Positions 9,104-18,867 of a DNA stretch of 64,000 nucleotides are shown in pieces. Position 1 is the first letter of the stretch. Each line of letters starts with the position of its first letter. Source of the stretch: Fimbriimonas sp. (GTDB lineage Bacteria; Armatimonadota; Fimbriimonadia; Fimbriimonadales; Fimbriimonadaceae); contig CBDFJP010000002.1 of the NCBI GenBank assembly GCA_965248555.1, positions 2,134,093-2,198,092 of the forward strand. Reading direction: 5' to 3'. Below the pieces are notes generated by a model. That model had not been told where the DNA came from and made no database searches. It worked only from the letters and a program-made list of their open reading frames with translations. The position numbers and the translations under genes were made by a program.

Positions 9104-10606
9104 TCACGCTTTTTGCGGAGCGATTGCGAACAACTTCGCCTTCATTGCCTCCACTTTCTCGGGCATCGAAGCGGCGAGATCGGTCTTCTGCGACAAGTCC
9201 TTGGCGACGTCATACAGCTCCCATTTCTTTCCATTCGGAACCAGCACAAAGTCGCCCTCGCGGTAAGCAAGCGGAGAGTTAAAGCCGCCCAAATGGTGGA
9301 CCACGGACCCCCGCCCCTTTCGCGCCAGCTTGAAGAACGCATCATAAGTATCCACCCCGTCGGGACTCGCGCCCGGAGCCAGTGAAGTTCCCAGAACTCG
9401 GGCGAACGAGGCGAAAAAGTCGGTCTGAGTCACCATCGTCTGTGAAGTCTTCCCGCGAGCCATCTTCGCCGGCCAAGAGACCAGCATCGGAACCCGGTGA
9501 CCGCCCTCATAGAGCTGGTACTTGGTGCCGCGTAGAACCCCGTTCACCTTATGCCCATTCAAATTCTCACGAGGATCAGCGTAGCCATCCTGATCCACCG
9601 CTCCATTGTCCGAGCTAAAGATCACTATCGTGTTCTTGTCAATGTTTGCCTCTCTCAATGTCCGCAGAACTTCTCCCACCGACCAATCGAGCTCCGAGAT
9701 CGTATCGCCCCGTAGCCCGCACTGACTCTTCCCGTCAAAGCGCGAATTCGGTAGGAGCGGAGCATGTACGTCATGGGTGGCGAAATAAAGGAAGAACGGA
9801 CTTGATCTGTTCGATTTGATAAAATTCACCGCCTTCGAAGTGATCGTATCAGCGATGTCCTCATCAACCCACCGCGCCTTCTTCCCGCCTGTCATAAATC
9901 CGATCCGGCTCACGCCGTTAATAACCGTTCCAAGATGCCCCTGCACAGGCTGAATCTTCAGCAGTTCAGGTTTCTCCAGCCCAGCAGGCTCGTCTCCGAT
10001 TTTCTTTTGATAGCTCAGTTCAATCGGGTCAGAAGGGTCGTAACCGGCCACCCGGCCGTTCTCCACGAACACGCAAGGCACCCGGTCGCCCGTCGCCGGA
10101 ATCACAAAGCTCTCATCAAAGCCAACTTCTTTCGGCCCCAAAGTGATGAGCTTGTTGTAATCAGTTTTTCCCTCGCCAAGCCCCAGGTGCCACTTACCCA
10201 TCACCGCCGTGCGATAGCCCGCCGCCTGAAACATTTTCGGCATCGTCGGCTGATCCTTGGTGATCGACGACGGTGCCACCCCACTCAGAACTCCCGAACC
10301 GCCGGGCTTGCGGAACGAGTACTCGCCCGTCATCAACGAGTAGCGCGTCGGCGTACAAACCGTCGCCGCCGAGTGAGCATCCGTAAACCGAACACCATTC
10401 TTCGCGATGCTGTCCAGATTCGGAGTCTTCACCTTCGTCGCCCCATAACAACTCAGGTCGCCGTATCCAATGTCGTCGGCAAGGATGAAGACAACATTCG
10501 GTCGCTCCGACTGTATACTTGGCTGACCCGATGCCAGTCCGACTGCGAGCAAAGAAAGGAGCATTTGGAACGATCTTACTTGCTTCCGGCTGTTTGGGAC
10601 TAGCAC
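9104..10606 (-). CDS. arylsulfatase (formylglycine-dependent sulfatase)
   Basis: NVVFILADDIGYGDLSCYG and the CTPTRYSLMTGEY (CxPxR) motif, with an N-terminal signal peptide. An alternative ATG lies at 10564. Confidence 0.9.
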   Translation of the reverse strand: MLVPNSRKQVRSFQMLLSLLAVGLASGQPSIQSERPNVVFILADDIGYGDLSCYGATKVKTPNLDSIAKNGVRFTDAHSAATVCTPTRYSLMTGEYSFRKPGGSGVLSGVAPSSITKDQPTMPKMFQAAGYRTAVMGKWHLGLGEGKTDYNKLITLGPKEVGFDESFVIPATGDRVPCVFVENGRVAGYDPSDPIELSYQKKIGDEPAGLEKPELLKIQPVQGHLGTVINGVSRIGFMTGGKKARWVDEDIADTITSKAVNFIKSNRSSPFFLYFATHDVHAPLLPNSRFDGKSQCGLRGDTISELDWSVGEVLRTLREANIDKNTIVIFSSDNGAVDQDGYADPRENLNGHKVNGVLRGTKYQLYEGGHRVPMLVSWPAKMARGKTSQTMVTQTDFFASFARVLGTSLAPGASPDGVDTYDAFFKLARKGRGSVVHHLGGFNSPLAYREGDFVLVPNGKKWELYDVAKDLSQKTDLAASMPEKVEAMKAKLFAIAPQKA

Positions 10607-11532
10607 TCGGCTGTTCCAAGCCAGAAGTCGCGGCGAGCAAGCCGACAGCCGACGTGCTAAAAGAGATGATCTTGATCCAGGGAGGCAAGTTCCGGATGGG
10701 CTCTGACGCCGGCCTCATGGACGAGCAACCCATCCATGAAGTCACGATCTCCGCTTTCCTCATCGACGAACATGAAGTCAGCAACGCTCAGTTCTCCGAG
10801 TTTGTGAAGGCAACTGGGTACGTCACCACCGCCGAGATAAAGCCCGACCCCAAAGATTTCCCCGGCGTCCCCGCTGCAAATCTCGTCCCCGGTGCAGGCG
10901 TTTTTGTCGAAAGTAAGGGCTGGACCTACAAGCCCGGTGCCTCCTGGCGCAAGCCCGAAGGAGAGGGCTCTTCAATCCAGAAGAAGATGGATCACCCCGT
11001 CGTCCAAGTTAGCTGGGACGACGCCACTGCTTATGCAAAGTGGGCTGGAAAACGGCTCCCCACCGAGGCTGAATGGGAGTTCGTCGCCCGCTACAAGAAT
11101 GGTGACAAAGAGTTCCTTTGGGGAGACAACGACATCAGTGAGACCAAGCCTCAAGCCAACATCTGGCAAGGTGAGTTTCCGGTCAAGAACTCAAACGCGG
11201 ACGGTTTCCGCACCACCGCCCCCATTAAATCGTTCCCGCCCTCCCCCGCTGGCTCGTACGACATGGCAGGAAATGTGTGGGAATGGACCGACGACTGGTA
11301 CCGCCCAGATTCCCATGCCCAGTGCGAACCTACCAACCCGAAAGGTCCAAAGGACTCAGTTGACCCCGAAGAACCGGGCGTGATGAAGAAGGTGATCAGG
11401 GGCGGCTCCTTCCTCTGCTCGCTCACTGGATGCCGTGGCTACCGCCCAAGCGCCCGAATGAAATCCTCCCCCGACACCGGCCTCATGCACCTCGGCTTCC
11501 GGTGCGTCAAATCCCTACCTCCCAGAAACTGA
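10519..11532 (+). CDS. formylglycine-generating enzyme family protein (SUMF1/FGE), lipoprotein
   Basis: Lipobox LALGCS. Motifs HEVSNAQFSEFV, RLPTEAEWEF, GNVWEWTDDWY and RGGSF. TTG at 10519 or ATG at 10531. Divergent from the sulfatase. Confidence 0.9.
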   Translation: MADPMPVRLRAKKGAFGTILLASGCLGLALGCSKPEVAASKPTADVLKEMILIQGGKFRMGSDAGLMDEQPIHEVTISAFLIDEHEVSNAQFSEFVKATGYVTTAEIKPDPKDFPGVPAANLVPGAGVFVESKGWTYKPGASWRKPEGEGSSIQKKMDHPVVQVSWDDATAYAKWAGKRLPTEAEWEFVARYKNGDKEFLWGDNDISETKPQANIWQGEFPVKNSNADGFRTTAPIKSFPPSPAGSYDMAGNVWEWTDDWYRPDSHAQCEPTNPKGPKDSVDPEEPGVMKKVIRGGSFLCSLTGCRGYRPSARMKSSPDTGLMHLGFRCVKSLPPRN

Positions 11533-11533
11533 A

Positions 11534-12547
11534 ATGATTACGCCCCTGATCGTCGCCTCGCTTATGACCGCCAAGTCGGAGATGCAACGCATAGAATCTC
11601 TCTTCGTTAACCCAAAAACGGGCTTCTTCATTGAATCCACCACCGAGCGACATCCGGTCTATAACTGGGGAATCGGAGTCCTCATTTCTGCCCAAAACGC
11701 CATCACAAACCTAGATACTAACTACAAGCCCAAACTCGAACAGTCGCTCGAAAAAGCGATGCTCTATTGGAACCCAATCGGCTCCGTCCCCGGTTTCGAC
11801 GTCCAGCCAAACGTCCAGAATGACCAAGATCGATACTACGACGACAACGCCTGGATGGTCATGGCCCTCATCGAAAGCTACGAGATCACTGGCAATGAGA
11901 AGTGGTTAAAGCGTGCGGAAGAGTCTTTAAAGTATGTTCTCAGCGGCGAAGACGACAGGCTCGGCGGCGGAATCTACTGGAAGGAGCGAGAGAAGACCTC
12001 CAAAAACACTTGCTCAAATGCACCAGCCGCCGCCGCCTGCCTCGCCGTCTTCAAACACGTCCATGATCATAAACTCTTTGAGAAGGCCGTGACACTCTAT
12101 GATTGGACTAAAAGGAATCTCCAAGCACCCGACGGCCTCTATTGGGACAACGTCCAGCTCAACGGAACAATTGGCAAGACAAAGTGGAGCTACAACTCCG
12201 CGCTCATGCTTCGCACCGCAAAAAAGCTTGCCGCACAAACCCACGATGACAAGTACCACAAGGACGCGAACCGTCTCGAAGCCGCCTGCATCAAGAAATG
12301 GATAAAACCCGACGGGACGATCGATGATGAGCTTCAATTCGCCCACCTACTCTTCGAAAACCTCGACCCCAAAAAATTCGACGCCAAGAAATGCATCGAC
12401 AAAATGCTCGCCGGCCGAGACGCCGAAGGCTTCTTCGGCAAACGCTGGGGCATCCCCTCAACCGGCAAACACCAACTCATCCACCAAGTCTCAGCCGTTC
12501 GAGCGCTGGCGGTCTACGAACAAAATCTCCAGCAAAAGCTTTTCTAG
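11534..12547 (+). CDS. glycoside hydrolase family 76-like (alpha-1,6-mannanase type)
   Basis: RYYDDNAWMVMALIESYEITGNEKWL, GGGIYWKE, KNTCSNAPAA and LYDWTKRNL follow the GH76 pattern. Confidence 0.7.
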   Translation: MITPLIVASLMTAKSEMQRIESLFVNPKTGFFIESTTERHPVYNWGIGVLISAQNAITNLDTNYKPKLEQSLEKAMLYWNPIGSVPGFDVQPNVQNDQDRYYDDNAWMVMALIESYEITGNEKWLKRAEESLKYVLSGEDDRLGGGIYWKEREKTSKNTCSNAPAAAACLAVFKHVHDHKLFEKAVTLYDWTKRNLQAPDGLYWDNVQLNGTIGKTKWSYNSALMLRTAKKLAAQTHDDKYHKDANRLEAACIKKWIKPDGTIDDELQFAHLLFENLDPKKFDAKKCIDKMLAGRDAEGFFGKRWGIPSTGKHQLIHQVSAVRALAVYEQNLQQKLF

Positions 12548-14194
12548 GCCCTCTTCATCCCCAAAATCAAAGTGTCGCCCGTCCACCCCGACGCCCGGCG
12601 TACAGATGACAGGAATCCCAAGTGCGATCGCCTTCAATGCCACCGCTGGTCTGTTTACAAAAACGGAACCGAAATAGGCAACAGAAGCCGATTCCATCGG
12701 GTGTGAATCTCCATCGACAACAGTGACGCCGCTCCAAAAGTCGGTTCCCTCAAAATTGTTTCCCTCCACGGCCACAACCAAGCCCATTTTACGAGCGACA
12801 TTTCGAAGGGCATGTGCGCCCGTTCGCCCGAGCGTCGGTCCCCCGAACCACACGTATCTCATGGCCAGACTAACTGGGCCGGGCCGAGGAGAGGGCCGAT
12901 TCCACGCAATTAGTTCGGCGCCCCTTATGCCCTGCAAGCCCAGCCATTTTGCAACAAAAGGGTGCGCGGTAACGACGCGATCCGCCTCTCTCAAGAGCGC
13001 CATCTCTCGGCTCACCGCGTCGGGATCGGCGCGAAAATCGCGCAAGTTTTCGCACTCCGGGTAATGCGCGGAAGCAGAATCCAGAAGCTCATGCAGAAGA
13101 GCCAACGGTGGAGTTGTACACCACACCTCTACCCTCCGCCCGCCCAGAACCCCCTGCTTACTCAGCGTGTCCAAAAACTGTAGCTCAGTGACAATCGAGT
13201 CAGCTCGGTAGTCCACCCGGCGCGCATAAGCCGCCGCAAATCGCTCGGCATACTCAAGAGTCGTTCGTCTCCGATCAGGGGCCGTTTTTGCGCCACGCAG
13301 TGCCAGCGGCCGCTGGATGGTCAGTAACTTCAATTCCTCAGCGGAAACGTGCCAGTCGTATCTCGAGGCTCGTCGCCACGGAGTAAAAACTTGGGCGTTC
13401 TCGGCCTGAACAAGCTCCCGAAACTCCGGAAACACGGCGTCGAGAATATACGCTCGGCGCGATGTCACTGAACTAAGCGGCGTTGCCAGTTGATGCTCGA
13501 AACACCCCTCTTGCCCACACGTCATGCAGCTATTTGGCCTCAGACCCTGGTTTAGCACACGGAGCGGCATCAAGCTTTCTGGCACCTTTTTACTGACTTC
13601 TGCAGACCAGAACTCCACCACCAACTCGCTCCCCGTAATGCGGGCCTGAATCTGGGTTCGCCTCGGAACCGAGAACCGGAGGTCGATATAGTTCCAAAAC
13701 ACAGTCGCATCCCGGTCAAGCTCGGAGGCACTTCCCGGTAGCCGCGAAGTGTGCCGATGACGCTCAATGATCGTCGCCCCAGACTTGAGTGCCAAATCGT
13801 ACAGCGCATTTGAGAGTTGACAAAGCCCGCCACCAACCGAAGGAATGATGCACCCTTCGCGAAGCTCGCGCCCCTCAACAAACCCCCGCCGCCGGGTCGC
13901 GCGACCAATGATCTGCCAAAAGCTGAACTGATGGCCCGCCTCCAAAACCACCCCGTTCAGCGAAGCACAAGCGACTCGGAGATTCTGAATCTTCCCAAGC
14001 TCCAGCCCAAGCTCTCTTGCGTCGTCTTGTGTACGCAATGGCGAGTGATGTCTTGTCAGATGAGTTAATTCTGGGCAAGAAAGGTTTCGCTCAAACTTGG
14101 GCCGACGAGAATTCTTTAGAGCACGGCGAAGTTGGAGAAGCCTTGCTTTGAATAGAAAAAGCACTTGGCCGCGCAGTGAGTGCCTTTCCATCAT
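12491..14194 (-). CDS. VanW-domain protein with a C-terminal GT-B-like extension
   Basis: VanW core FSFWQIIGRATRRRGFVEG...GGGLCQLSNALY...HRHTS. The C-terminal part ends in a glycosyltransferase-like ALGIPVICTPGVG segment. Confidence 0.7.
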   Translation of the reverse strand: MMERHSLRGQVLFLFKARLLQLRRALKNSRRPKFERNLSCPELTHLTRHHSPLRTQDDARELGLELGKIQNLRVACASLNGVVLEAGHQFSFWQIIGRATRRRGFVEGRELREGCIIPSVGGGLCQLSNALYDLALKSGATIIERHRHTSRLPGSASELDRDATVFWNYIDLRFSVPRRTQIQARITGSELVVEFWSAEVSKKVPESLMPLRVLNQGLRPNSCMTCGQEGCFEHQLATPLSSVTSRRAYILDAVFPEFRELVQAENAQVFTPWRRASRYDWHVSAEELKLLTIQRPLALRGAKTAPDRRRTTLEYAERFAAAYARRVDYRADSIVTELQFLDTLSKQGVLGGRRVEVWCTTPPLALLHELLDSASAHYPECENLRDFRADPDAVSREMALLREADRVVTAHPFVAKWLGLQGIRGAELIAWNRPSPRPGPVSLAMRYVWFGGPTLGRTGAHALRNVARKMGLVVAVEGNNFEGTDFWSGVTVVDGDSHPMESASVAYFGSVFVNRPAVALKAIALGIPVICTPGVGVDGRHFDFGDEEGLEKLLLEILFVDRQRSNG

Positions 14195-14239
14195 TTCCTA
14201 AGGGTTTTGACGTGAAAGTAGGAGGTAACAGTTCGCACT

Positions 14240-15019
14240 TTAAGCGATCTTTCGCCGCCTTAGGAGCGCTGCCATCCCAAACGCAAGCCCCGCTAGCGTC
14301 GCCGGCTCTGGCACAACCGAAGGGTTGAGGGCCATGGCATAGACATCGCGGTGCGGGCCAACGCTGATGAAGCTCGTCGCGGCCGTTGTGGGGTTCACAG
14401 TGTAGAACTCGCGGTGGAAGAACGACACTGCATAGAGGGTTCCAGACTGGTCAAAGTCGATGTCTGCCACGTAGCTGAACGCGTCCGAAATCGGCATCGA
14501 TCCGATCAGATTCGCGGCGGACGAAGCAGAGGGAACTTGAAACAAGAAGTCATTGTTGAGACCCTGTCGGGCAGTGAGGAAAATCGACGAGTCGGTCGGC
14601 CGAAAAGCGACCCCCGTGACTGTCAAAGCCGAGAGCGAAGGAATCGAATAGCTTGCGGTAATCGCCGAGAGACCCAGGTCATAGAAAAACAACGACTGAT
14701 TAGCGTTACTAAAACCCCAAAGCCCATTGTTCGCCCAGTCGAGATCGCCGATTTGCCCAAGTCCTAATGAACCCGCCGGAATCGACCCGCTCGAAGTCGG
14801 CGTCCACAAGTTCCCAACTGGGTCAGCAAAGTACATCGTCCCGCCCGGAGCCATCGCTAGGCTCTCAGAAGGCAGGCCCGTGGTGAACAAAAGCGGCTCC
14901 GTCTGAGTCGCCATATCCACGTTCCGAATCTGCTGATTCGCCGTCAGCACCCTCGCCAACGGCCCCGCAAGCGCCACCGACCCAACCAAGCCAAACACTA
15001 CACAAAAAGCAAAACGCAT
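14240..15019 (-). CDS. PEP-CTERM sorting-domain protein
   Basis: Signal peptide. The C-terminus VPEPATLAGLAFGMAALLRRRK is a textbook PEP-CTERM anchor. Confidence 0.8.
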   Translation of the reverse strand: MRFAFCVVFGLVGSVALAGPLARVLTANQQIRNVDMATQTEPLLFTTGLPSESLAMAPGGTMYFADPVGNLWTPTSSGSIPAGSLGLGQIGDLDWANNGLWGFSNANQSLFFYDLGLSAITASYSIPSLSALTVTGVAFRPTDSSIFLTARQGLNNDFLFQVPSASSAANLIGSMPISDAFSYVADIDFDQSGTLYAVSFFHREFYTVNPTTAATSFISVGPHRDVYAMALNPSVVPEPATLAGLAFGMAALLRRRKIA

Positions 15020-15050
15020 CCTGCAGTTATACAGTGTTTGACTGACAGAG

Positions 15051-16409
15051 TCAAACCGGCTCGAACCAGGCGGTAAAGTGCCGCAAAATCGGGGCCTGTT
15101 TCGTGATCCTCAAGCCCTTCGCTTCATGACGTTTGAGAGCTAGGCGAGCGAATACCTCGCCGATGTAGTTGACATGAGCCTGGGTATACACGCGGCGCGG
15201 CATCGCGAGCCGAACAAGCTCCCGATCTGCCGGAATCTCGACGCCATCCACACACCGCCCAAACATCCCCGAGCCGATCTCGACGCCCCGTATTCCGCCT
15301 TCCTGGTACAGATCGCAGACCAGTGCCTGCGCCGGGAACTGACTCTGGGGAAGGTGGTCATAAAACGACCTTGCATCCACATAAACCGCATGCCCCCCCG
15401 GTGGCTGGACGATGTTCACCTCGCTCTCAGCCAGGCGCGAAGCCAGGTACCGAATCGTCGCCAGCCGATACTCCAAGTACGACTCATCCAGGACCTCGTT
15501 GAGGCCAATCGCCAGAGCCTCCAGGTCGCGCCCCGCAAGTCCGCCATACGTCGGAAATCCTTCTGTCAGGATCAAAAGATTCCGCGCCTGCTCCGCCATT
15601 GCGTCGTCGTTTAAGGCGAGGAAACCTCCGATATTCCCGAATCCATCCTTCTTCAGGCTCATCGTCGCGCCATCGGCGTAGCTGAAAATCTCTTTGGCAA
15701 TCTCTCGCGGAGTTTTGTCCTTGTAGCCTTCTTCGCGCTCCTTGATGAAGTAGGCGTTCTCCGCAAAACGGCAAGAGTCAATGATAAACGGCACCCCGTA
15801 CTTGCGATACAACCCCGAAACCGCGCGGATGTTTGCCATCGAAACCGGCTGTCCGCCGCCCGTATTGTTGGTGATCGTAATCATCCCGATAGGACACTTG
15901 CCCTCCTTCAAGGTGGCCTCAAGCGCATCAAGGTCGATGTCGCCCTTAAAGGGGTGCATCGAGGCCGGGTCGCGCCCCTCGGCGATGACCAAGTCTCGCG
16001 CCTCCGCGCCCGAAAACTCGACGTTGGCCCGAGTGGTGTCGAAGTGATTATTGTTCGGAATCACCTTCCCGGACCCGCCCACAATCGACATCAAAATCTT
16101 CTCAGCCGCCCGCCCCTGGTGGGTGGGAATCACGTGTTTGAACCCAAAAATCTCCTGAATCGTCGACTCAAACCGCTTGAACGACCGCGACCCCGCATAG
16201 CTCTCGTCGCCGATCATGATTCCGCCCCACTGAGCGGCCGACATCGCGCTCGTACCGCTGTCGGTCAGAAGGTCGATCAGCACGTCATCCGCGTCAATAA
16301 GAAACGTATTGTAGTGAGCCTTGCGCAAAATTTCCGCGCGCTCTTCGGGCGTGGTTCGACGAATGGGCTCGACGACCTTTATACGAAATGGCTCGATAAT
16401 TTCCGACAT
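15051..16409 (-). CDS. beta-eliminating lyase (tyrosine phenol-lyase / tryptophanase family)
   Basis: EPFRIKVVEP, DLLTDSGTSAMS, and PLP-lysine context SLKKDGFGNIGGFLAL. Confidence 0.9.
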   Translation of the reverse strand: MSEIIEPFRIKVVEPIRRTTPEERAEILRKAHYNTFLIDADDVLIDLLTDSGTSAMSAAQWGGIMIGDESYAGSRSFKRFESTIQEIFGFKHVIPTHQGRAAEKILMSIVGGSGKVIPNNNHFDTTRANVEFSGAEARDLVIAEGRDPASMHPFKGDIDLDALEATLKEGKCPIGMITITNNTGGGQPVSMANIRAVSGLYRKYGVPFIIDSCRFAENAYFIKEREEGYKDKTPREIAKEIFSYADGATMSLKKDGFGNIGGFLALNDDAMAEQARNLLILTEGFPTYGGLAGRDLEALAIGLNEVLDESYLEYRLATIRYLASRLAESEVNIVQPPGGHAVYVDARSFYDHLPQSQFPAQALVCDLYQEGGIRGVEIGSGMFGRCVDGVEIPADRELVRLAMPRRVYTQAHVNYIGEVFARLALKRHEAKGLRITKQAPILRHFTAWFEPV

Positions 16410-16447
16410 GGTGTGGGTAAAGGACGGACTGCCTTACTCCAAAGCGT

Positions 16448-17191
16448 CTACTTCATTGCCAGCTCGGCTGCGGTAGGCAGCCATTTCATCGTGCGGCCGT
16501 ATTTCGCCGCAATCGGAACTAGGTACCGAGCGGTCTTGTACAGCCGAGCATGTTCTTCGATGGAGTCGATATGGGCGGCAATATCGTCCCGCTTTGAGCC
16601 GAGGTGAAAGTGTTCGCATCCCATCTTCCGAAGCTGATCCCCCTCTGCGAGCAGGAATTCATACTCGGCTGAGTCATCTATATGGTGCTTAGTCTTCACC
16701 GCATCCGGGTAGCGGACATTAGCTACGTTCTGGATGGCCTCGCTAGTCGACAGCGTGGTTAAGTAGTCCCAGCGAAAAGCCACTTGTGAGCCAAACACTT
16801 TGAAGCCAGTTCGCGCAGTCATAGGCATGATGAACATGCCAAAAATCCTCTGTCCGTCTGGAGACCTAGAGCCCAGCGAAATGGAGTAGTGATCGAGGTA
16901 ACTCACTTCACTGGAAAAACTAGTGACGTCAACATCCCCAAAATCGGCGTTCGGCTCGATGTACTTCTTTGCGAAATCAACAAACGTCTTCTCCGACCAC
17001 GCCGTCGAGAATCGCCACGCAGTCTGGCTCTTGTAGACACCCGCCCAGTCGCGCTTGCGAATCAGCTCGGCGATTGACCTGGCCTGTCTCTCCGGAGCAC
17101 CAAGGATAAAAACATATCCCGATGCCACAACTAACAAACCGGCGACAAACACTAAAAGAGGAAGTTTAAATCGAGGACGCATTCTCCTCAT
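16448..17191 (-). CDS. membrane-anchored hypothetical protein, paralog family A (copy 1 of 3)
   Basis: N-terminal TM helix. Shares RKRDWAGVYK, EKTFVDFAKKYIEP and YEFLLAEGDQLRKMG blocks with 21426-22136 and 22172-22834. Confidence 0.6.
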   Translation of the reverse strand: MRRMRPRFKLPLLVFVAGLLVVASGYVFILGAPERQARSIAELIRKRDWAGVYKSQTAWRFSTAWSEKTFVDFAKKYIEPNADFGDVDVTSFSSEVSYLDHYSISLGSRSPDGQRIFGMFIMPMTARTGFKVFGSQVAFRWDYLTTLSTSEAIQNVANVRYPDAVKTKHHIDDSAEYEFLLAEGDQLRKMGCEHFHLGSKRDDIAAHIDSIEEHARLYKTARYLVPIAAKYGRTMKWLPTAAELAMK

Positions 17192-17207
17192 TGACGGAAT
17201 TCAGTGA

Positions 17208-17966
17208 CTAATCGTTCACCGAACTTCGCCGCGAATGATGATTAAAGCCCCGCAAAGCCCACCGCTCATAGGGGTGCGAAACCCCATCCTCATGCACATC
17301 GTCTCCAGCATGAAGCTGAACGAGCACAGTCTTCCGTGTCTCGTTCGACCGATTTGGCAGCGAGCCGTGGATCGTGAAGTAGTGAAAGAACAGAACATCG
17401 CCCGGCTCCGCCTCAAGCGGAACCGCGTTCTCAATGGGGTACTTCGCCAAAATCTCGCTGTCCTGGCTCCGGTAAGAAATCGGCAACCGACCCAACTTGT
17501 GAGTGCCGGGATACACCCGCAAACACCCCATTTCGTCCGTCGCTCGCGACACATGGATAATCCCCGCGATCATCGAATCCTTAATCGTCGGAAAATGATC
17601 CCAGTCCTGGTGCATCGGGAAAGGCGCGCCGTTCTCAGCTGGCTTCTGAAACAGCTTCGAGTGATGAAGCACAATATCCGGCCCCAAAATCGCCTCGGCA
17701 ACATCCAAAAACCGCTCGTTGAACATCGCCCGAGCCCACACCGCCGAGTATTTCTGGACATTATGCGTATGGGTTACAACCGTGTTCTGAACCCCCATCC
17801 GCTCCATCTCCGGCCCGCCCCATTTGGCGTTCGTCTCCTCGCCACTTGCAACGATCTGTGCAACAATCCGATCAAAATCTTGCTCTAAGTCAGCAACTTC
17901 CGAAGGCGAGAACACCCCCCTCGCCAAGTAGTACCCATCCCGCTCAAACGCCTCTCGAATCGACAT
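17208..17966 (-). CDS. phytanoyl-CoA dioxygenase (PhyH) family Fe(II)/2-oxoglutarate oxygenase
   Basis: FERDGYYLARGVF, HQDWDHFP (HxD) and HGSLPNRS motifs. Confidence 0.8.
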   Translation of the reverse strand: MSIREAFERDGYYLARGVFSPSEVADLEQDFDRIVAQIVASGEETNAKWGGPEMERMGVQNTVVTHTHNVQKYSAVWARAMFNERFLDVAEAILGPDIVLHHSKLFQKPAENGAPFPMHQDWDHFPTIKDSMIAGIIHVSRATDEMGCLRVYPGTHKLGRLPISYRSQDSEILAKYPIENAVPLEAEPGDVLFFHYFTIHGSLPNRSNETRKTVLVQLHAGDDVHEDGVSHPYERWALRGFNHHSRRSSVND

Positions 17967-17996
17967 CCCTCAATTCTAACCGAGGCGGAACAAACT

Positions 17997-18072
17997 TGGC
18001 GCGCCCGACTGGACTCGAACCAGCGACCAACGGCTTAGAAGGCAGTTGCTCTATCCACTGAGCTACGGGCGC
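17997..18072 (-). tRNA. tRNA-Arg (anticodon TCT)
   Basis: The reverse complement folds as GCGCCCG-TA-GCTC-AGTGGATA-GAGC-A-ACTGC-CTTCTAA-GCCGT-TGGTC-GCTGG-TTCGAGT-CCAGT-CGGGCGC-G-CCA. It is 76 nt with an encoded CCA and one mismatch in the anticodon stem. Confidence 0.9.
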
Positions 18073-18114
18073 GGACAGACGTATTTTACCTTTTGGCCAA
18101 ATCAGTCCCCCAAA

Positions 18115-18861
18115 TCAGTCACTTATATGCCGGTGGAACATCCGCCAGCCGCCCTCGATGGTCCTCACATACCGCGTGTCCAATTCAGAGATTTTGTCGA
18201 GGCTCCGTCCTGCCGGAAGCTCCACCTCGTATTCCCCCAGCGGAAGCTGATACAGCAAGCCCCGCCGAGTAAAGTCGAACCAGCCGTCGGTGGTCGTCGA
18301 AAGCGTCAGTTCGATCTCAAACTGCGGGCTACGAATGCTCGAAACTTCATCAACACGGGGTAATCGGTCGGCGAGCGCAATTGCCTTTCCAATATTTGTC
18401 GAACCCCCATCGGAGGCTCCCCAGGTTCCGTGGGTTTTATAGAGCGTCAGATTTGGGTCAGTCTGGTGAAGCCGAACTAGCTCATTCAGCTCAGCCCTGT
18501 GCTCTCGAAAATACGCAACCATCTCGGCTTCCGAAATGTCCGGTATATTCGCAATCCGGTTGCACCCTACCGGTAGTGCAACGCACAACCCAAAGGCGAT
18601 CCAAATCCGCCGCCGGAGCGCACGAAGGGGCAGCCGAAACAGGCCGTCATAGTTCACCAAACATCCGCCGACGAACCCAAAGACAAAGGCGAGCAGGGCC
18701 GAACCCAATGCCTCAATCTCGCGGTTGAACGGGTCTCGACTCAAGAGACAAACGATCAAGGCCACCCCGGTTGCCCCAATCCATCCGAATGCAAAAGGGG
18801 TCAAAAACTTCAGCGAAAACCGCGAGGCCGCATTGTAATCCGGAATGTCATCGATTCTCAA
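18115..18861 (-). CDS. hypothetical membrane protein
   Basis: 248-aa ORF with 3-4 TM segments followed by a soluble C-terminal domain. No family recognised. Confidence 0.5.
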   Translation of the reverse strand: MRIDDIPDYNAASRFSLKFLTPFAFGWIGATGVALIVCLLSRDPFNREIEALGSALLAFVFGFVGGCLVNYDGLFRLPLRALRRRIWIAFGLCVALPVGCNRIANIPDISEAEMVAYFREHRAELNELVRLHQTDPNLTLYKTHGTWGASDGGSTNIGKAIALADRLPRVDEVSSIRSPQFEIELTLSTTTDGWFDFTRRGLLYQLPLGEYEVELPAGRSLDKISELDTRYVRTIEGGWRMFHRHISD

Positions 18862-18867
18862 AGAAAC

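Noticed and set aside
15035-15055. 7-bp hairpin gtttgac-tgacaga-gtcaaac at the 3' end of the beta-eliminating lyase gene
   Set aside because: It overlaps the stop codon, has a short stem and has no T-tract on the transcribed strand. This is too weak to call a terminator.
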